27,123 bases of DNA from positions 1-27,123 of IMG/VR virus record IMGVR_UViG_3300008255_000402. One strand, 5' to 3'. The notes beneath the pieces are model-generated. The model was given only the letters and a program-made list of their open reading frames with translations, did not search any database and was not told where the DNA came from. The stretch's first letter is position 1, and each line of letters opens with the position of its first letter. Of this stretch, positions 1 to 9,184 are shown in pieces. A program made the translations under genes and the position numbers. Source of the DNA: a virus. Lineage: Duplodnaviria > Caudoviricetes.

Positions 1-1659
1 AACAAGGGCAGCTTGCCGAACACCAACACCGACTGGTCGAACATCGACGATTACGGCAACGTCCACATCGACGGAAACGTGCGGCAGGGTGCTGGCATCC
101 AAGGCCGCCTTATCAGCGACTTCCCGGTGGGTCCGCCCTATTACTACTACAACAACATGAAGATCAGGGGCAACATCGTGGCCTCTGCGGTGCTGACGAA
201 CGGCCTTTCCGCCGACCCCCTGAAAAACAGCTTTGTCTATGCCAACACCACTGTCCGGTATGACCTTGCGGACCCTGACAACCTTGCGGCGGTAAATGTC
301 CGGGTTTCTGGCACGCGCACGACGATGATTGGGAACAATATTTCGGAAGGGATTATCAGCAATCCACCCAATGTGAGCGATGGCACAGACCCGGCTGATG
401 TGGACACCACGACCTATCCGAACCTCGCGCTCGGCACGCTGGGCGCATCGACGGCTTATTCTACCGTGTTTGCCGGGGTCAATGCAGGATCGCCGCTGCC
501 GGTGACGCTGGACGAAGCGATTGCCTATTATCAGCCAATGCCCGCGCACGCCGACAAGGGCGCGACGAAAACGGGCTATATCAATTACAGCGCCCGCACG
601 ATCAACGAGGCTATCGAGCCGCCCTTTGTGCGGTTTTACGATGTGACGGACGCCGACCCCTCAACGCCCTATGGAAGCGGGTTTGCCTATCTGATGGGTG
701 GGCCTGTGAGCAAGACGATTGTGGTGCCAAGCGGCGCTACCATGCAGGTGAGCGACACGGCTGACGGCGCTTCGCCCACCACCTACAATCCCGGCTCGCA
801 CACGGCCGATTTCCGCGACAAGTTTTTGCAGGTGACGCTGACCAGCGATGCGGGCGACGGCGCGACTGTGACGAAAACGCTGGATATTGATGGCTATTCG
901 TTCGGCTTCTCGGTGACGACCATCGACAACAGCGAGTTTCCGCAGGTGGAGTTTGACGGGCTGACGGCTTATGCACAGCCAGTCGGCGCAATGGGCACGG
1001 ACGGGCGCTACCTGACTATAGCTCTCCGTGGTCGCTTCCCGGCCAGCAATCCCGCTGCCAATACTAACCTGTTTAACAGCGTCAACGGAAGTGCTGGTGT
1101 GATGTGGAGCCTGCTGACCACCGGCAAAATGCGCCTGATATTGCGAAACGCTGCCGGGACCGCTGTGGCCACTATCGACCACAACGGCGCTTCGGTTTGC
1201 GATGGACTGGAGCATGAGTTTCTTGTTTCGATTGACATGGAGCAGACGACCAAAGCGGCGGGTGCCAGCCTGTATCTTGACGGGGTTGACCAGCTCACCA
1301 CCACGGGCGCTTGGGCAGGTGGGCCGGGCGTGGTCATTGGCTACAGCCGGACTGCTGGCGCAATCCAGACCGCTTTTGGTGGGCAGGCGGCAAAGATCAA
1401 CGACTATGGGCACAAGATGTTTTATGCAAACATCACCGAGCGTGCAGACCTGACCAGTGCGACGGTGCGCGGCAACTTCACCCCGGCCAATATCGCCAAC
1501 GATGGTTCGGGCGTGACGGGCACACAACCGCACACTTTGCTGGTTGGCAACGCTGGCCAGTGGAACGCGGGCGGCGGGATCAACTTCGGCAGCGGCGCGG
1601 CTTACACGGTGGTTGCGGGCGGCGTGACAGACACTGTGCCGGGGCAAGACCCGTGGTGA
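1..1659 (+). CDS. 5'-truncated large beta-rich virion fibre/appendage-like protein (Ig-like module plus C-terminal concanavalin A/LamG-like domain)
   Basis: Frame is open from base 1 (AAC AAG GGC AGC TTG...), so the start is upstream. N/T/G/D-rich; Ig-like segment FYDVTDADPST...TLDIDGYSFGFSVTT; LamG-like segment DGLEHEFLVSID...ASLYLDGVD; stop overlaps next start (GTGA). Confidence 0.6.
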   Translation, partial: NKGSLPNTNTDWSNIDDYGNVHIDGNVRQGAGIQGRLISDFPVGPPYYYYNNMKIRGNIVASAVLTNGLSADPLKNSFVYANTTVRYDLADPDNLAAVNVRVSGTRTTMIGNNISEGIISNPPNVSDGTDPADVDTTTYPNLALGTLGASTAYSTVFAGVNAGSPLPVTLDEAIAYYQPMPAHADKGATKTGYINYSARTINEAIEPPFVRFYDVTDADPSTPYGSGFAYLMGGPVSKTIVVPSGATMQVSDTADGASPTTYNPGSHTADFRDKFLQVTLTSDAGDGATVTKTLDIDGYSFGFSVTTIDNSEFPQVEFDGLTAYAQPVGAMGTDGRYLTIALRGRFPASNPAANTNLFNSVNGSAGVMWSLLTTGKMRLILRNAAGTAVATIDHNGASVCDGLEHEFLVSIDMEQTTKAAGASLYLDGVDQLTTTGAWAGGPGVVIGYSRTAGAIQTAFGGQAAKINDYGHKMFYANITERADLTSATVRGNFTPANIANDGSGVTGTQPHTLLVGNAGQWNAGGGINFGSGAAYTVVAGGVTDTVPGQDPW

Positions 1660-2171
1660 TTAGCCAGTTCAGGCTCTTTGCCCTGCTGGGCGGCGGCGGG
1701 GCGGTGATTGCCGGCGGCATCTGGCTTTCGTCGGTGCTGGGTGAGCGGGCGCGGCTGCGGGACCAGGCGGCTGATGTGAAGGCCTGTGTGGCGGCGGTGA
1801 AGGGCGGCGGCGACGTGCTGATCTGCCCGCAGCCGATTGCCGATGCGGCCTCGCTCGCTCGCCGCTACGATGCCTGCGACGCCGCACTTTCGGCCGGTGA
1901 GGCTTACGGCGTGCAGGCGGCCTGCCCGGAGGCGGTGAAGCGCCGTGATGCCGAGGCGGCAGCCGCCACGCACAATGCCGCGCAGCTGGCGGCCGAGCTG
2001 GCGCGCACCCGCGCCCAGGCCAAGGCCGCACTCAGCCGCGCCGAGGCGCGCACCCAGACTATTTTGCGAAAGGAAGCCGATGCCAACAAGGCTCTCAACC
2101 GCGCGCCGACTGGCCCTGCTGGCGGTGTGCGCTGCGATGATGACTGCCTGCGGAGCCTCTTCGGTGAGTAG
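1656..2171 (+). CDS. Inner-membrane spanin (Rz-like)
   Basis: GTG at 1656 overlapping upstream TGA; N-terminal TM segment (FRLFALLGGGGAVIAGGIWL), Ala-rich helical body, Cys residues near the C-terminus; overlaps a lipoprotein gene. Confidence 0.75.
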   Translation: MISQFRLFALLGGGGAVIAGGIWLSSVLGERARLRDQAADVKACVAAVKGGGDVLICPQPIADAASLARRYDACDAALSAGEAYGVQAACPEAVKRRDAEAAAATHNAAQLAAELARTRAQAKAALSRAEARTQTILRKEADANKALNRAPTGPAGGVRCDDDCLRSLFGE

Positions 2172-2397
2172 GGCCAAGCCGCTGCCGCGCGCTGCCGATC
2201 CGGTGGTCGTCCGCCAGATCGAGACGCGGCGCGAGTGCCCGGCCGAGCTGCTGAGCGAGGTGGCCGGCGCCCCGCCGCGCCCGGCAGGTGGCTGGCTTGA
2301 AGGCGACCGGCCGACGATGGATTGGCTGGGGCGCTTCGCGCGCTGGGCCGAGGACACGGCGGTGCGGCTGCGCGCCGCCCAGGCCCAATGTTTTTGA
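2080..2397 (+). CDS. Outer-membrane spanin lipoprotein (Rz1-like)
   Basis: AAGGAAG upstream of ATG 2080; signal peptide MPTRLSTARRLALLAVCAAMMTA-C24 lipobox; Pro-rich mature part with CPAEL; starts inside the i-spanin in another frame. Confidence 0.75.
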   Translation: MPTRLSTARRLALLAVCAAMMTACGASSVSRAKPLPRAADPVVVRQIETRRECPAELLSEVAGAPPRPAGGWLEGDRPTMDWLGRFARWAEDTAVRLRAAQAQCF

Positions 2398-2405
2398 GCG
2401 GCGGC

Positions 2406-2648
2406 ATGGACGTGGTCGATGAAGCCGCAGTGCTGATCGAGGCCGAGCGCGCCGAGGGCGTGGCGCGCGCCCAGCGGGCACTGGCCGGCGCCGGCGGGGC
2501 GCACTGCGCGACGTGCGGGGATGAGATTGCCGCCCGTCGGCGGGCGGCGCTGCCTTCGGCGGTGCGCTGTGCGCGCTGCCAGGAGGAGACGGAGAGAGCG
2601 GCGCAGCCATCGCGCGGCCGCAGCGGGCGATTTGAGGTGGAGTGGTGA
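2406..2648 (+). CDS. TraR/DksA C4-type zinc finger protein
   Basis: MDVVDEA start motif; CATCGDEI..RRRAALP.AVRCARCQ. Confidence 0.9.
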   Translation: MDVVDEAAVLIEAERAEGVARAQRALAGAGGAHCATCGDEIAARRRAALPSAVRCARCQEETERAAQPSRGRSGRFEVEW

Positions 2649-3034
2649 ACGTGGAGATGATCGGCCTGCCGCAGGGCACTTACTGGCTGCTGGCGGTGTG
2701 CATTTCGCTGGCGAGCTGCGCCATCTCGGTGGCCACGTTCCGCCGCGCCGGGGACTGGCGCAAGACCGAGGCGGGCAAACAGGCGCACGACAACATTCTG
2801 GCGATCGATGGCCGGGTGTCGAAGCTCGAGCACCAGATCGAGGGCTTGCCGGCCAAGATCGGCACGATGAACGACCGGCTGCGCGATGTTGAGCAGCAGC
2901 TGCGCCACATGCCCACAAAGGCGGAGATCGCCACGCTGTCGAGCGAGATGGAGGCCGTGCAGGACGATGTGCGGCTGGTGCGCGGCGGGATCACGCGGAT
3001 CGAGGACTTTTTGCTGAGGATGAGCAAGCCATGA
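2642..3034 (+). CDS. Mu gp25-like membrane-anchored coiled-coil protein (DUF2730-like)
   Basis: N-terminal TM, coiled coil, HMPTKAEI and RIEDFLL motifs; syntenic position; exact start uncertain (2642/2645/2657). Confidence 0.75.
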   Translation: MVNVEMIGLPQGTYWLLAVCISLASCAISVATFRRAGDWRKTEAGKQAHDNILAIDGRVSKLEHQIEGLPAKIGTMNDRLRDVEQQLRHMPTKAEIATLSSEMEAVQDDVRLVRGGITRIEDFLLRMSKP

Positions 3035-3336
3035 CGAGCTATGCCGACAATCTGGCCGCCGAGCGCCGGCGCGCCATCCTGGCGCTGATGGTGGACGGCA
3101 GCGACCGCGCCAATGAGCGGGTGCTGTTTCAGGCGCTGCGGGCGCTGGGCCTGGGCACCGGGCTGGAGCAGGCAGGCGTCCGCGCGCTGCTGGTCTGGCT
3201 GGAAGCGCGCGCCTGTCTGACCACCGAGATCGTCAGCGACACGATCATGGTCGCCCGCATCACCGACCGTGGGCGGCTGGTCGTTGACGGCGCGCTCAAG
3301 CTGGACGGGGTCGCTCCGCCCTCGGCGGTGATCTGA
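3031..3336 (+). CDS. Mu gp26-like winged-helix protein
   Basis: RRRAILALM...LVWLE...ARITDRGRLVVDG...GVAPP pattern; ATGA overlap; position before small terminase. Confidence 0.8.
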   Translation: MTSYADNLAAERRRAILALMVDGSDRANERVLFQALRALGLGTGLEQAGVRALLVWLEARACLTTEIVSDTIMVARITDRGRLVVDGALKLDGVAPPSAVI

Positions 3337-3896
3337 TGGTTGTGCGTCGCCGGCGTGGCCGCCACCAGCCCAGCACGGTCGACCTGCTGGACAAGGAGCT
3401 GCGCGACCTTGTGCAGGAGCTGCTCGACCAGAATGTGATCCTCGACGACATCAAGGCCAAGCTGCGCGAGCTTGGGACCGAGGTCAGCCGGTCGGCGCTG
3501 GGGCGGTTTGCGCTCGACTACCGCAAGACCAGCGCGGTGATCAACGAGCAGCGCTCGCTGGCCAAGGCGCTGTCCGAGAATGTCGACCCCGGCGATGAGG
3601 GCAAGCTTGCCGAGATGAATATCGAGCTGGCGCACTCCGCGCTCACCACCGTGCAGCTCGCCGCGATGAACGGCGAAGGCGCGCAGCTCGATGCCAAGGA
3701 GACGATGTTCTTCACCTCGGCCATCAAGAACCTGGTCAGCGCCAAGGCCATGCTGCTCGATCTGCGACGCAAGGCCCGCGAATATTGGCTGAAGCAGGCG
3801 CTGAAGGCGATCGACAAGGTCGCCGCCGACAAGTCGAAGGGCCTGACCAAGGAGACGGTGGACGCGATTTATCACGCCGTTCTGGGGGTGCAGTGA
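3336..3896 (+). CDS. Mu gp27-like protein (DUF3486, putative small terminase)
   Basis: PSTVDLL...SRSALGRF...KGLTKETVDAI motifs; synteny. Confidence 0.85.
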   Translation: MVVRRRRGRHQPSTVDLLDKELRDLVQELLDQNVILDDIKAKLRELGTEVSRSALGRFALDYRKTSAVINEQRSLAKALSENVDPGDEGKLAEMNIELAHSALTTVQLAAMNGEGAQLDAKETMFFTSAIKNLVSAKAMLLDLRRKAREYWLKQALKAIDKVAADKSKGLTKETVDAIYHAVLGVQ

Positions 3897-4234
3897 TGGA
3901 CCGCAAGCCGCCTTTCCTGATCGACTATCTGCACGAGGGGCGGCGCTTTGCCTTCATGCTGCTGGGGCCGGAAAGCTGGGCCGAGGCGGAGGCGCACCTC
4001 GCCTCGATCCGCGCCAATGCTTTGGTGGAGGGCAGCGATGTTGCGCTGATCCCGGTCGAGGCGGTGGCCGCACTGGCGGAGACGGTGCTGGCGCAGCTGA
4101 GCAAGGCTGGCCGCGCGGCCGAGCTGATGGACGCAGGCGCTGCCATTCTGGCGGCAGCGAGCGTCCAGGCGCGCGGCGGGACTGGTGATGCCGAGCAGCT
4201 TGCGGTGGCACTGCTGCGCGAGGCGTCGTTCTGA
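3896..4234 (+). CDS. Hypothetical phage protein
   Basis: ATG overlaps gp27 stop (TGATG); phage-like codon use; MDRKPPFLIDYLHEGRRF...SWAEAEAHLASIR. Confidence 0.65.
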   Translation: MDRKPPFLIDYLHEGRRFAFMLLGPESWAEAEAHLASIRANALVEGSDVALIPVEAVAALAETVLAQLSKAGRAAELMDAGAAILAAASVQARGGTGDAEQLAVALLREASF

Positions 4235-4446
4235 TGCGCCCCGCACCGCTCCCGCTCACTGGTGAGGCCGCCGCGATTGCCGGCGAGCGCTGGAATGTCG
4301 AGGTGCTGCACGTCTCGAAACTGGGCGAAAAACGCTGGGTGTTTTTCGCCGGGCCGTTCGCCCAGCAGTGGGACGCGGTGCACTACAAGAACAGCCGCCG
4401 CCGCTTCGGCGGGCCGGACTACCGCGTGGTCGAGGTGAAGCCGTGA
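4234..4446 (+). CDS. Hypothetical 70-aa protein
   Basis: TGATG coupling upstream and GTGA coupling to the terminase downstream. Confidence 0.6.
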   Translation: MRPAPLPLTGEAAAIAGERWNVEVLHVSKLGEKRWVFFAGPFAQQWDAVHYKNSRRRFGGPDYRVVEVKP

Positions 4447-5957
4447 GCGCGCCGGCGCAGACCTCGCCTGCCCAGGGCGCGGCTGAGCGTGAGGCAGCGA
4501 CGGTGGCGTTTGAAAAGCTGCCGCCGGGCGAGCTGCTGCTGAAATATCAGGTCTCGTCGGTGGCGGAGCTGAAGGCCGGCACGGCGCTGGTGGTGATCGA
4601 GAAGAGCCGCCGCATCGGCTTGACCTGGGGGTTGGCGGCAGCCGCTGTGCTGCGCGCCGCTGCCCACGGCTCGGCCGGCGGCATGAACGTCTGGTACATG
4701 GGCTATGATCAGGAGATGGCGCGGGAATTTGTCGATGCCTGCGCGATGTGGGTGCGCGCCTTCAAGCTGGCGGCCGAGGCGCAGGATCAAGAGCTGATCG
4801 AGGACGACGAAAAGGGTGCGATTGGCGCCTTTCGCATTCGCTTTCCCAGCGGCTTCAAGATTGTGGCGCTGCCCAGCGTGGCGCGGGCGCTGCGCGGCAA
4901 GCAGGGGCTGGTGATCATCGATGAAGCCGCGTTCCACAAGAGCCTCGCTGAAGTGCTGAAGGCCGCACTCGCCTTTCTGATGTGGGGCGGCCAGGTGGTT
5001 GTGGTTTCGACGCACGATGGCATCGGCAACCCATTCAACGAGCTGATCGACGAAGTGCGCGCCGGGCGGCGGCGCGGCGTGGTGCGCACCATCACCTTCC
5101 GTGATGCCATCGAGCAGGGCCTCTACGACCGGATCAAGCTGGTGACCGAGATCAAGGGCGGCGCCCTTGCCCCGCTTGAAGAATGGGAAGCCGATATCCG
5201 CGCCACCTACGGCGATGCCGCCGAGGAGGAGCTGGACTGCATTCCCAAGGCCGGCAGCGGCAGCCTGATCAAGCCTGAGGACATTGCAGCGGCAGAGCAT
5301 CCCGAGGCCGGGCGGCCGGAGCTTTACGGCGGCGGCCTGTATTTTGGCGGGCGCGACGTTGCGCGGCGGCGCGACGGGGCCGTGCAAAGCGGGCTGGAAA
5401 TGGTCGGCGATGTGATGTGGGAGCGCGACTTTTATGACGAGGTCGCCGTCACCTTCGCGCACCAGGATGCGTGGATGGACGACCGCTTTGCCGACCGCCG
5501 CGTGGTCCAGTTCGGGATCGATCAGACCGGAATGGGCGAGAAGGTGGTAGAGGACGCCAAATTGCGCTGGGGCGAGCGGATCGTCGGCTTTCTGCTGACC
5601 GGGCCGATGCGGCTCAACCTCGGCCTGGCGCTGCTCGATGGCTTTGAGCGCGGGCTGATCCGCATTCCGCCCGATCCGCGCCGGCGCGCCGACCTGCGCG
5701 CCATCAAGCGCGCCGGCACCAGCGCTGGCGGGCTGCGCCTGGTCAATGACGAGACGGTCCATGCGGACTATTTCTGGGCGCTGGCCATCGGCTTTTACCT
5801 CTCGCGCCAGCCTCTCATGGCCTTTGATTATCGTGCCGTCGGCAAGTCTGGCGGGCAAAGCGCGGCGCGATCAGGGGCTCCGGGGCGGCTGGCGATGCGG
5901 CCGGACCACAGCGGCGACGTTCCGGCCAGCGGCGCTGGTCGGCGCAGCACTTTCTGA
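4443..5957 (+). CDS. terL: Terminase large subunit (Mu gp28-like)
   Basis: EKSRRIGLTW Walker A, VIIDEAAF Walker B, VVSTHDG coupling motif, nuclease motifs GRDVARRRD, IDQTGMG, HADYFWALA. Confidence 0.95.
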   Translation: MSAPAQTSPAQGAAEREAATVAFEKLPPGELLLKYQVSSVAELKAGTALVVIEKSRRIGLTWGLAAAAVLRAAAHGSAGGMNVWYMGYDQEMAREFVDACAMWVRAFKLAAEAQDQELIEDDEKGAIGAFRIRFPSGFKIVALPSVARALRGKQGLVIIDEAAFHKSLAEVLKAALAFLMWGGQVVVVSTHDGIGNPFNELIDEVRAGRRRGVVRTITFRDAIEQGLYDRIKLVTEIKGGALAPLEEWEADIRATYGDAAEEELDCIPKAGSGSLIKPEDIAAAEHPEAGRPELYGGGLYFGGRDVARRRDGAVQSGLEMVGDVMWERDFYDEVAVTFAHQDAWMDDRFADRRVVQFGIDQTGMGEKVVEDAKLRWGERIVGFLLTGPMRLNLGLALLDGFERGLIRIPPDPRRRADLRAIKRAGTSAGGLRLVNDETVHADYFWALAIGFYLSRQPLMAFDYRAVGKSGGQSAARSGAPGRLAMRPDHSGDVPASGAGRRSTF

Positions 5958-5968
5958 AGGACGAGACC

Positions 5969-7690
5969 ATGGCCAACCCACCCACCATCTTCAGCGCCGA
6001 CGGTGTGACCCCGCTGCGCCAGGCGATGAACACCGAGATTGCCGGGCCTTCGATGATGACCGGGCGCTCGGTGGCGACCGGCAACCCTTCGGCCGGGCTG
6101 ACCCCGGAGCGGCTGGCAGCGATTTTGCGCGCCGCTGAAGATGGCAACATCATCGATTATCTGGAGCTGGCGGAGGCGATCGAGGAAAAATATCTGCACT
6201 ATCTGGGCGTGCTCGGCACCCGCAAACGGCAGGTCAGCCAGCTGCCGGTGAGCGTGGAGGCGGCGAGCGACGATCCGCTTGACCAGGCGAAGGCCGATCT
6301 CATCCGCGACTGGCTGCGCCGCGACACGCTCGAGCCCGAGCTGTTCGACATGCTCGACGCGGTGGGCAAGGGCTACAGCGTCACCGAGATCGTCTGGAAG
6401 CTGGGCGCTGATCGCTGGCTGCCCGAAAAGCTCCTCTGGCGCGATCCGCGCTGGTTCGAGCCAGACCGGCTGGACGGCACGACGCTGCGCCTGCGCGGTG
6501 CGGGTGCGCCGCAGCCGCTGCAGCTCTACAAATTTGTGGTGCACGTGCACTCGGCCAAAAGCGGGCTGCCGATCCGCGGCGGGCTGGCCAAGCCGGTGGC
6601 CTGGGCATGGCTGTTCCAAAGTTTTGCGCTGAAGGACTGGGTGAGCTTTGCCGATATTTATGGCTTCCCGGTGCGGCTGGGCAAATATCAGCCGGGCTCG
6701 ACCGAGGATCAGATCCGCAAGCTGATGCAGGCTGTGGCCAATGTCAGCCACGATGCGGCCGCCGTCATCCCCAACACGATGGAGTTGGAATTTATCTCCG
6801 CCCAAGCGGGCAGCACGGCAGACGTGTTCCAGCAGCTGGCCGAATATCTGGACAAGCAGGTGAGCAAGGCGGTGCTCGGCCAGACCGGCACCACCGACGG
6901 CGAGAGCGGGCGGCTGGGCGGCGGCGCAGGGCGCGAGCACGGCGAGGTGCGCGCCGACATCGAGCGCGCCGACGCCAAGCTGCTGGCCGCCAGCCTCAAC
7001 GCCCAGCTGGTGCGGCCGATCATCGACCTCAATTTCGGCGCATCTGGCGGCAATTATCCGATGATCACCATCGGCCGGGAGGATGATGAGGAAGAGTTCG
7101 ACACCTGGCTGGGCGGGGTGGAGCGCTTTGTTGACCGGGGCGGCCGGGTGGCGCAATCTGTGGTGCGCGACCGGCTGGGGATCGAGGACCCTGGCGCCGA
7201 TGAAGCGCTGCTCAGCCCGCTTTCAGCCACGCCTGCGCAGAACGCGCCACTGGACGCCTCACCAGCGCCGGCCGCCACCAACCCCCCAAAAACGCCCTTA
7301 CCCGGCCTCTCACGCCCCTTAAAGCCTCTCACGGGCGCTTTGTCGGACGCAGCCGCCGCTCCGATTACGGCTGCTGCCGCTGATCTGACCGGGGCCCAGC
7401 TGGAAGGCGACGATATTCAGGCGGCGGCGGTGGCGCTTGTCGACGCCGAATGGGAGGAGATGATGGCGCCGATGATTGCCCCGCTGATGGATGCGATTAT
7501 GGCTGCCGGCAGCTATGAGGAGACAGCGGATGCCATGATGCGGGCGCTGCCGCGAATGGACGTGACCACGTTGGCTGAGCGGCTTGAACGGGCGGCCTTT
7601 GCAGCGCGCGCGCTGGCGCTGACCGGGGCGGACCGCTCGCAAGTCGAAGCTGAGGACGCCGAAGCTGAGAGCGGTGCAGGTGGCCAGTAA
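5969..7690 (+). CDS. Portal protein (DUF935, Mu gp29-like) with low-complexity linker and helical C-terminal extension
   Basis: GAAGGA RBS; LTPERLAAILRAA, DAVGKGYSVTEIVW, YGFPVRLGKY, QVSKAVLGQT motifs. Confidence 0.95.
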   Translation: MANPPTIFSADGVTPLRQAMNTEIAGPSMMTGRSVATGNPSAGLTPERLAAILRAAEDGNIIDYLELAEAIEEKYLHYLGVLGTRKRQVSQLPVSVEAASDDPLDQAKADLIRDWLRRDTLEPELFDMLDAVGKGYSVTEIVWKLGADRWLPEKLLWRDPRWFEPDRLDGTTLRLRGAGAPQPLQLYKFVVHVHSAKSGLPIRGGLAKPVAWAWLFQSFALKDWVSFADIYGFPVRLGKYQPGSTEDQIRKLMQAVANVSHDAAAVIPNTMELEFISAQAGSTADVFQQLAEYLDKQVSKAVLGQTGTTDGESGRLGGGAGREHGEVRADIERADAKLLAASLNAQLVRPIIDLNFGASGGNYPMITIGREDDEEEFDTWLGGVERFVDRGGRVAQSVVRDRLGIEDPGADEALLSPLSATPAQNAPLDASPAPAATNPPKTPLPGLSRPLKPLTGALSDAAAAPITAAAADLTGAQLEGDDIQAAAVALVDAEWEEMMAPMIAPLMDAIMAAGSYEETADAMMRALPRMDVTTLAERLERAAFAARALALTGADRSQVEAEDAEAESGAGGQ

Positions 7691-9050
7691 TCCGCCGAAC
7701 GATCCGGAGGATGATGGGCCAACGGGCGGGGGCGCGCCGGTTTCGCTGCGGGCGCCGGTTTCGCTGCGCGCGACGGTGTCGCTGCCGCCGCGCCAGACGG
7801 TCGAGGTGCTGGCCAGCAAGGGTTATCGGCTGACGACAAATTGGCAGGAGATGATGCATGAAGAGCATGAGCGCGCCTTCACTGCTGCCAAAATCGCCCG
7901 CTACGACATTCTGGAAGCGCTACGCGGGAGCATGGCCGAAGCCGAGGCGGCGGGGATGTCTCGCGATGAATGGGTGAAGACGGTGGAGCCGCGCCTGCGC
8001 GAGCTGGGCTGGTGGGGCGATGTGCGCGACGCGAGCATCACGGGCACCGACCGGCTGGTGCGGGTGAATGCACGCCGGCTGAAGCTGATCTTCGACACCA
8101 ATATGCGCTCGCGCCGGGCCACTGCCCTTTGGCAGCGCATTCAGGCTTCGAAGAAGCTGATGCCCTGGCTCGTCTACAAATCGCGCGATGATGCGCGGGT
8201 GCGGCCCGAGCATCGGGGCTGGCACAACACGGTGCTGCCGGTCGATCATCCTTGGTGGCAGACGCATTTTCCGCCCAACGGATGGAATTGCCGCTGCACC
8301 GTTGTGCAAATGTCGGACGGGATGCTGGCGCGGGCCAAGCTGAAGCCAAGTGCCGGGCCGCCCGATGATGGTCCGCCGCGCCGCTTTCGCAACAGGGCGA
8401 CAGGCGAAGTGAGCGAGGTGCCGCGCGGCATCGACCCCGGCTGGGCCTATGCGCCGGGGCGGGACTATTTCGAGGGGCTGAAGCCTGCGCCGCTGGACGG
8501 CCCGATCTCGCGGCCAGCGCTGAATGCACGGGGGCCGGACGGCCCGCTGACGCCATTGCCGCCGCCCCGCAATGTGCCGGAGGGCGCGCTGCTGCCGCGC
8601 GAGATGAGCGACGAGGATGCGGTTGCTGTGTTCAAGGAAGCCTTTGAAGGTGTGTCGGCCGAGATCGATGGCGTTCTGGTGTTCCGCGACAAGCTCGGTG
8701 AGCCGCTGGTGATCAGCAACGATTTCTTTCAGGTGCGTGGCGTGACCAAGCTCACCGGCGATCGGCGGGAGGCCATAAACCTGCTCGCCTGGACTGTTCA
8801 GGAGCCGGATGAAATCTGGTGGGTGTGGGAGCGGGTGAAGGACAATCGGGTGAAAGGCGGCCTGCGCTACCGGCTGACCCGCCGGTATGTCGCTCGCTTC
8901 AATGTGGAGCGAGAGGAGCGCGCTGTGGTCGCCGTCATGGAAGTGAGCAAGGAGGGATGGCGGGGCGTGACGGCGTTTCCATCCAAGGACCCCGGCTATG
9001 CGGATGCCGAGCAGGTCCGCGGCGGTGTGCTGGCGTGGCGGCGGGAATGA
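7680..9050 (+). CDS. Mu gpF-like minor head protein with C-terminal PBECR2-type (Barnase/EndoU/colicin/RelE-like) nuclease domain
   Basis: MuF motifs AFTAAKI, RLKLIFDTN, DARVRPEH, FPPNGWNCRC, GIDPGWAYAPG; C-terminal EPDEIWW...RRYVARF...GWRGVTAF...RGGVLAWRR; start 7674 or 7680. Confidence 0.88.
   Translation: MASNPPNDPEDDGPTGGGAPVSLRAPVSLRATVSLPPRQTVEVLASKGYRLTTNWQEMMHEEHERAFTAAKIARYDILEALRGSMAEAEAAGMSRDEWVKTVEPRLRELGWWGDVRDASITGTDRLVRVNARRLKLIFDTNMRSRRATALWQRIQASKKLMPWLVYKSRDDARVRPEHRGWHNTVLPVDHPWWQTHFPPNGWNCRCTVVQMSDGMLARAKLKPSAGPPDDGPPRRFRNRATGEVSEVPRGIDPGWAYAPGRDYFEGLKPAPLDGPISRPALNARGPDGPLTPLPPPRNVPEGALLPREMSDEDAVAVFKEAFEGVSAEIDGVLVFRDKLGEPLVISNDFFQVRGVTKLTGDRREAINLLAWTVQEPDEIWWVWERVKDNRVKGGLRYRLTRRYVARFNVEREERAVVAVMEVSKEGWRGVTAFPSKDPGYADAEQVRGGVLAWRRE
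7734..7787 (+). repeat. 18-bp in-frame tandem repeat x3 (APVSLR APVSLR ATVSLP)
   Basis: GCGCCGGTTTCGCTGCGG / GCGCCGGTTTCGCTGCGC / GCGACGGTGTCGCTGCCG. Confidence 0.85.
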
Positions 9051-9071
9051 GGGCGGCGGCAACAGGGGCTG

Positions 9072-9180
9072 CCGAAACGAATTGGGGCGCCGGTTGCCCG
9101 GCGCCCCTTGCGTTTCTGCCTGTCTTTGGAGGCCCACCGCGGCCGCATGACACAGGCCGGCGCGCATCGCCGTGCAGTGC
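9072..9180 (-). ncRNA. Candidate ~105-nt structured small RNA convergent with the MuF-PBECR2 gene
   Basis: Own promoter, nested stems (9118-9123/9152-9157 enclosing 9131-9134/9141-9144) and a 3' hairpin whose loop is GCAA only on the minus strand. Confidence 0.55.
9084..9107. terminator. Strong hairpin, possibly a bidirectional terminator
   Basis: GGGGCGCCGG-TTGC-CCGGCGCCCC perfect 10-bp stem; flanking GAAACG (9074-9079)/CGTTTC (9111-9116) can extend it; U-tails are weak. Confidence 0.6.
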
Positions 9181-9184
9181 GCGG

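Noticed and set aside
13-15. TTG at 13 as the start of the first gene
   Set aside because: The frame is open from base 1, so the gene very probably begins upstream of the window
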